Shown one piece after another: positions 63,534-64,000 of a stretch of DNA of 64,000 bases. Source of the stretch: Pavona decussata. Lineage: Eukaryota. The notes under the pieces were generated by a model. The model saw nothing but the letters and a program-made list of their open reading frames with translations, ran no database searches and was not told the origin of the DNA. Location: positions 2,232,001 through 2,296,000 of the forward strand of contig CDRNST010000035.1 in assembly GCA_977016875.1 (NCBI GenBank), given 5' to 3'. The stretch's first letter is position 1; every line of letters begins with the position of its first letter. Position numbers and translations under genes: made by a program.

Positions 63534-64000
63534 TTATCGTACGAAGTGGGTCAGTCTTTAACCTACATTATGCATGTCATGTCACCACTCATTGAAATCA
63601 CCCAAAATGTAAAAGTCAAGAACAAACCTGTGTCCCCAAACCCTCTTGCTGGTAAAATAATGCCTTTGAGTCTCAAGTTAAAACTACTCAAAGTCCAGGG
63701 CTTCTGATAGGGTGCGGAAAAAATTTGGAAATTATGCGGCACTTTTAAATCTCATTATGCGGCAAGAAAGGTCTATTATGCGGCAAATTATGCGATTTCA
63801 TTTAAGCTAATTTAACCTTGTTTTATTAGGTCTAAGAGGAACACAATCCATTTTTTGCTGTTCAAGAAGCAATTAGAGCACGGAGAAATGAAGAAACAGC
63901 TGAAATAAATCATTTGTTGCCTCATTTCAAATTATTGAAAATCAGATATTGCTAATTTGGTCAAGTCAGCGTTTGTTGCTTCCCGCCCGCATTTTTTTCC

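Noticed and set aside
63696-64000. Possible hAT-like element start (cagggcttctg, with attatgcgg repeats)
   Set aside because: The other end is outside the window, so TIR and TSD cannot be verified.

Overview
AT-rich eukaryotic genomic DNA with GT-AG introns and no prokaryotic features. The repeat families and the BTB-BACK-PHR gene suggest an anthozoan or stony coral, which is an inference. The backbone is a + strand tandem array of four stomatin/MEC-2 (band 7, SPFH) paralogues. Copy 1 has exons at 14452-21599 and lacks exon 6. Copy 2 is a remnant at 34386-36185. Copy 3 has exons 1-4 at 47068-54714. Copy 4 has exons 1-2 at 61212-62433 and runs off the window. Copies 1 and 2 lie in a tandem segmental duplication (<1-~23855 and ~23856-38661). 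Each unit also carries a decayed Polinton/adintovirus-like PolB element, a minimal type I hammerhead ribozyme (8820-8864 and 32518-32558), a TA-flanked foldback MITE, a Leu/Val-rich orphan exon and a tRNA-derived SINE; the A32 ATPase and fibre-like ORFs are seen only in unit 2. An intact intronless BTB-BACK-PHR (BTBD6-like) gene is at 39950-41419 (-). The rest is nested transposon debris: Crypton tyrosine-recombinase elements, an L2/CR1 LINE, two RTE LINEs, a one-LTR Gypsy, and Harbinger-, hAT5- and MULE-type MITEs, many with readable TSDs and empty sites in the paralogous copy. Coordinates were counted by eye, and element boundaries without TSDs are approximate.
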